A stretch of DNA of 64,000 nt, from contig CAVYGB010000008.1 in the NCBI GenBank assembly GCA_963767925.1, positions 2,592,001-2,656,000 on the forward strand, given 5' to 3'. The position numbers and the translations under genes were made by a program. Positions 62,033-64,000 of this stretch are shown here, piece after piece; the first letter of the stretch is position 1, and every line of letters starts with the position of its first letter. The notes beneath the pieces were generated by a model. The model was not told the origin of the DNA and searched no databases. It was given only the letters and a program-made list of their open reading frames with translations. This DNA is from an uncultured delta proteobacterium. Lineage in GTDB: Bacteria > Myxococcota_A > Polyangia > Fen-1088.

Positions 62033-62986
62033 ATGGGCTGGGCGGTCGTGATGCTGCTGGTGGCTGCCCCGGTCGACGCTGCCTCGACCGCGGTGGTGAC
62101 ACCGTTTCGCACCGAGGCCAGCCCCCGCATCGACCCGGTCTTCGGCAACGCCGCCAGCTTGCGCTCGGCCATCGACCAGTTCCTGGCGCTGCAGGCCGAG
62201 ATGGACAAGGTGCGCGAGGAGTTCTCGAGCGCGGTCCACCGCACGCTGGTCCAGCTCGGACCCATCGGCGCCCAGAAGGCGGCGAAGACCTGCCCTGACA
62301 CGGTGGCGACGCCTTACACGTCGGCCCTGGAGGCCGGCCGCCGCTTCCTCGTGCTGGGCCGCCGGCTCGAGGCCCGCTTCCGCGACATCCGGCGCAGCGA
62401 CGACCTCGGCGACACCGTCGCGCTGACCCCCGACTACCGCTGGAAGACCAAGCGCGTGCGCGAGCTGTACGCGGCCCTGCTGCGCGACTACCACGAGATG
62501 CGGGTCGCCTTTCACGATCAGCTCGGGGCCGAGCTGCGTCACGCCGGCTGCAAGCCCGAGGCATACGCGGCGGCCGCCACCGTCGCCGCGGCCAGCGGGG
62601 CGGCGCCCGCCGAGGTGCCCGATCCCTCCAACCCCGCCCACTGGGAGCTGTCTGCCACCGACGACATCCTCGCCGCCGCCGAGGCCATCCCCGGCCGCGC
62701 CACGCGGCGGGCGGGCTCGGCCGAGGGCGCCGACCCGACGCCGGGCCCGGCAATCTGGATCGAGATCGACAACACCCGCTGCGGCGAGCCGTCCGAGCTC
62801 ACGCTCGACGGGCTGCCGGTGGGGCAGGTCGCGCCGGGCAAGAAGGCCTCGGTGCGCACCCGGGCCGGCCCCCACGCTCTGTGTGTGTTGCCCAGATCGG
62901 ACAAGCGGAGCTGCGGGACCGCCGGCACCGTCCGTCGCGCCTACCTGTACGAAGGGTGGTCGCTGGCGGTTCGCTGTGGCAAGTGA
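62033..62986 (+). CDS. hypothetical secreted protein (helical N-domain, small beta C-domain)
   Basis: signal peptide, GC3 bias, no family recognised. Confidence 0.7.
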   Translation: MGWAVVMLLVAAPVDAASTAVVTPFRTEASPRIDPVFGNAASLRSAIDQFLALQAEMDKVREEFSSAVHRTLVQLGPIGAQKAAKTCPDTVATPYTSALEAGRRFLVLGRRLEARFRDIRRSDDLGDTVALTPDYRWKTKRVRELYAALLRDYHEMRVAFHDQLGAELRHAGCKPEAYAAAATVAAASGAAPAEVPDPSNPAHWELSATDDILAAAEAIPGRATRRAGSAEGADPTPGPAIWIEIDNTRCGEPSELTLDGLPVGQVAPGKKASVRTRAGPHALCVLPRSDKRSCGTAGTVRRAYLYEGWSLAVRCGK

Positions 62987-62989
62987 CGG

Positions 62990-64000
62990 TCAGCGCGGCG
63001 GGCGCGGTCCGCGCGCGGGCGGAGCCGGCAGCGGCATGGGCAGCGGCGGCGGGTCGGCGTTGTGCAGGGAGAGCGACCCCTCCCGCCCCGGCCAGGGGCG
63101 CCAGCAGCGCGAGGTTGTGGCGGGCGTCCTGGTGGCCGGGATCGATCCGCACCGCCTCCCGAAAGCTCGCCACCGCCAGGTCGAGCAGGCCGAGGCGCAG
63201 CGACACGACGCCGGCCAGGAAGCGCACGCCGGCGTCGGTCGGATCGGCAGCCTCGGCGGCGCGCAGCTCGTTGAGGGCGTCGCCGTCGCGCCCGACCCGG
63301 TGCAGAGCCAGGGCGTGGTTGTAGCGCACGCCCGGCTTGCCCGGCGCCCCCTTGGCCGCCCGCTCGAGGTACCAGAGGGCCTGTTTTGGCTCACCCCGCT
63401 TGAGCGCCAGTGCGCCCAGGTTCGACAGGGCGTCGGCGCGCATCCCGGGAAAGCGAGCCGCCTCGGCGAACAGGCGCTCGGCCAGCTCCAGGTTGCCCGC
63501 CTCGGCGTGGGCCGAGGCCATCAGGAACACCGGCCGCGGATCGGTGGGGGCCAGCCAGCGCAGCTTGGCGTAGTAGCCGGAGGCCCGCTCGAGCTCGCCC
63601 CGCTCGCGCGCCAGGTCGGCCGCCAGCTTGAGCGCGGGGGCGTGCCGCGGGCGCCGGCGCAGCACCTCCTCGTACACCTGGGCGGCGTCGGCGCCGCGGC
63701 CCACGTTCAAGTAGGCGGCGCCCAGCTCCATGCGGGCGTCGATGTTCTCGGGATCGAGCCGGACCACCTCCTCGAGCTCGATACACAGCTCCTTGCCCGC
63801 CTGACGGGCGGCCAGCACCAGCACCAGGCTGCGCCGGACCCTGCAGATCGTCGGGCGAGGCGCGCAGCACCGTCTCGAGCTCGCGCTGCGCTTCGGTCAA
63901 CATGCCCGCCTCCGACAGCACTTCGCCGTAGACCCGTCGCGACTCCAGATCCTCCGGATCGAGGACCAGCAGGCGGGCGTAGCGCTCGCGCGCGATCGGC
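62990..64000 (-). CDS. TPR-repeat protein, 3' part, frameshifted
   Basis: repeated A...LG....A...P units (ARMELGAAY, ALSNLGAL, VRYNHALAL, ARHNLA). Confidence 0.8.

Overview
Very GC-rich bacterial DNA. Many lipoproteins with Gly/Pro linkers and MYXO-CTERM-like tails suggest a myxobacterium (inference). From left to right: a PilZ gene end; a translationally coupled yehQ/DUF5691/yehL/yehM/yehP-like MoxR-vWA operon; mixed metabolic and regulatory genes (amidohydrolase, DprE1-like oxidase, GST, adenylate kinase, RNase II family, NB-ARC-like ATPase, serine dehydratase, TetR with twin operators); and a block of surface proteins (CotH, diheme cytochrome, LamG). Next is a divergent pair: a vitellogenin-N/HEAT-like protein and a ~1730-aa lipoprotein carrying two VOMI beta-prisms and a C-type lectin inserted in an amphipathic beta-sheet region. 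This pair is a candidate split lipid-transfer-like system. A guanidine-III riboswitch precedes gdx. An accessory region (~36-53.8 kb) ends at tRNA-Gly(GCC) with an integrase remnant. It carries a GH114 next to a lipoprotein with two fungal BAS2-like Cys-rich repeats, an SF2 helicase, a persulfide dioxygenase/rhodanese-YeeE module, IS66 and IS21 remnants and several deletion-shattered genes. The last 7 kb (lipA, OmpA, QEGLA, cysE-like, DHH-like, TPR) has many single-base frameshifts that are probably sequencing errors. All family calls are from motif recognition by eye; no database searches were run.
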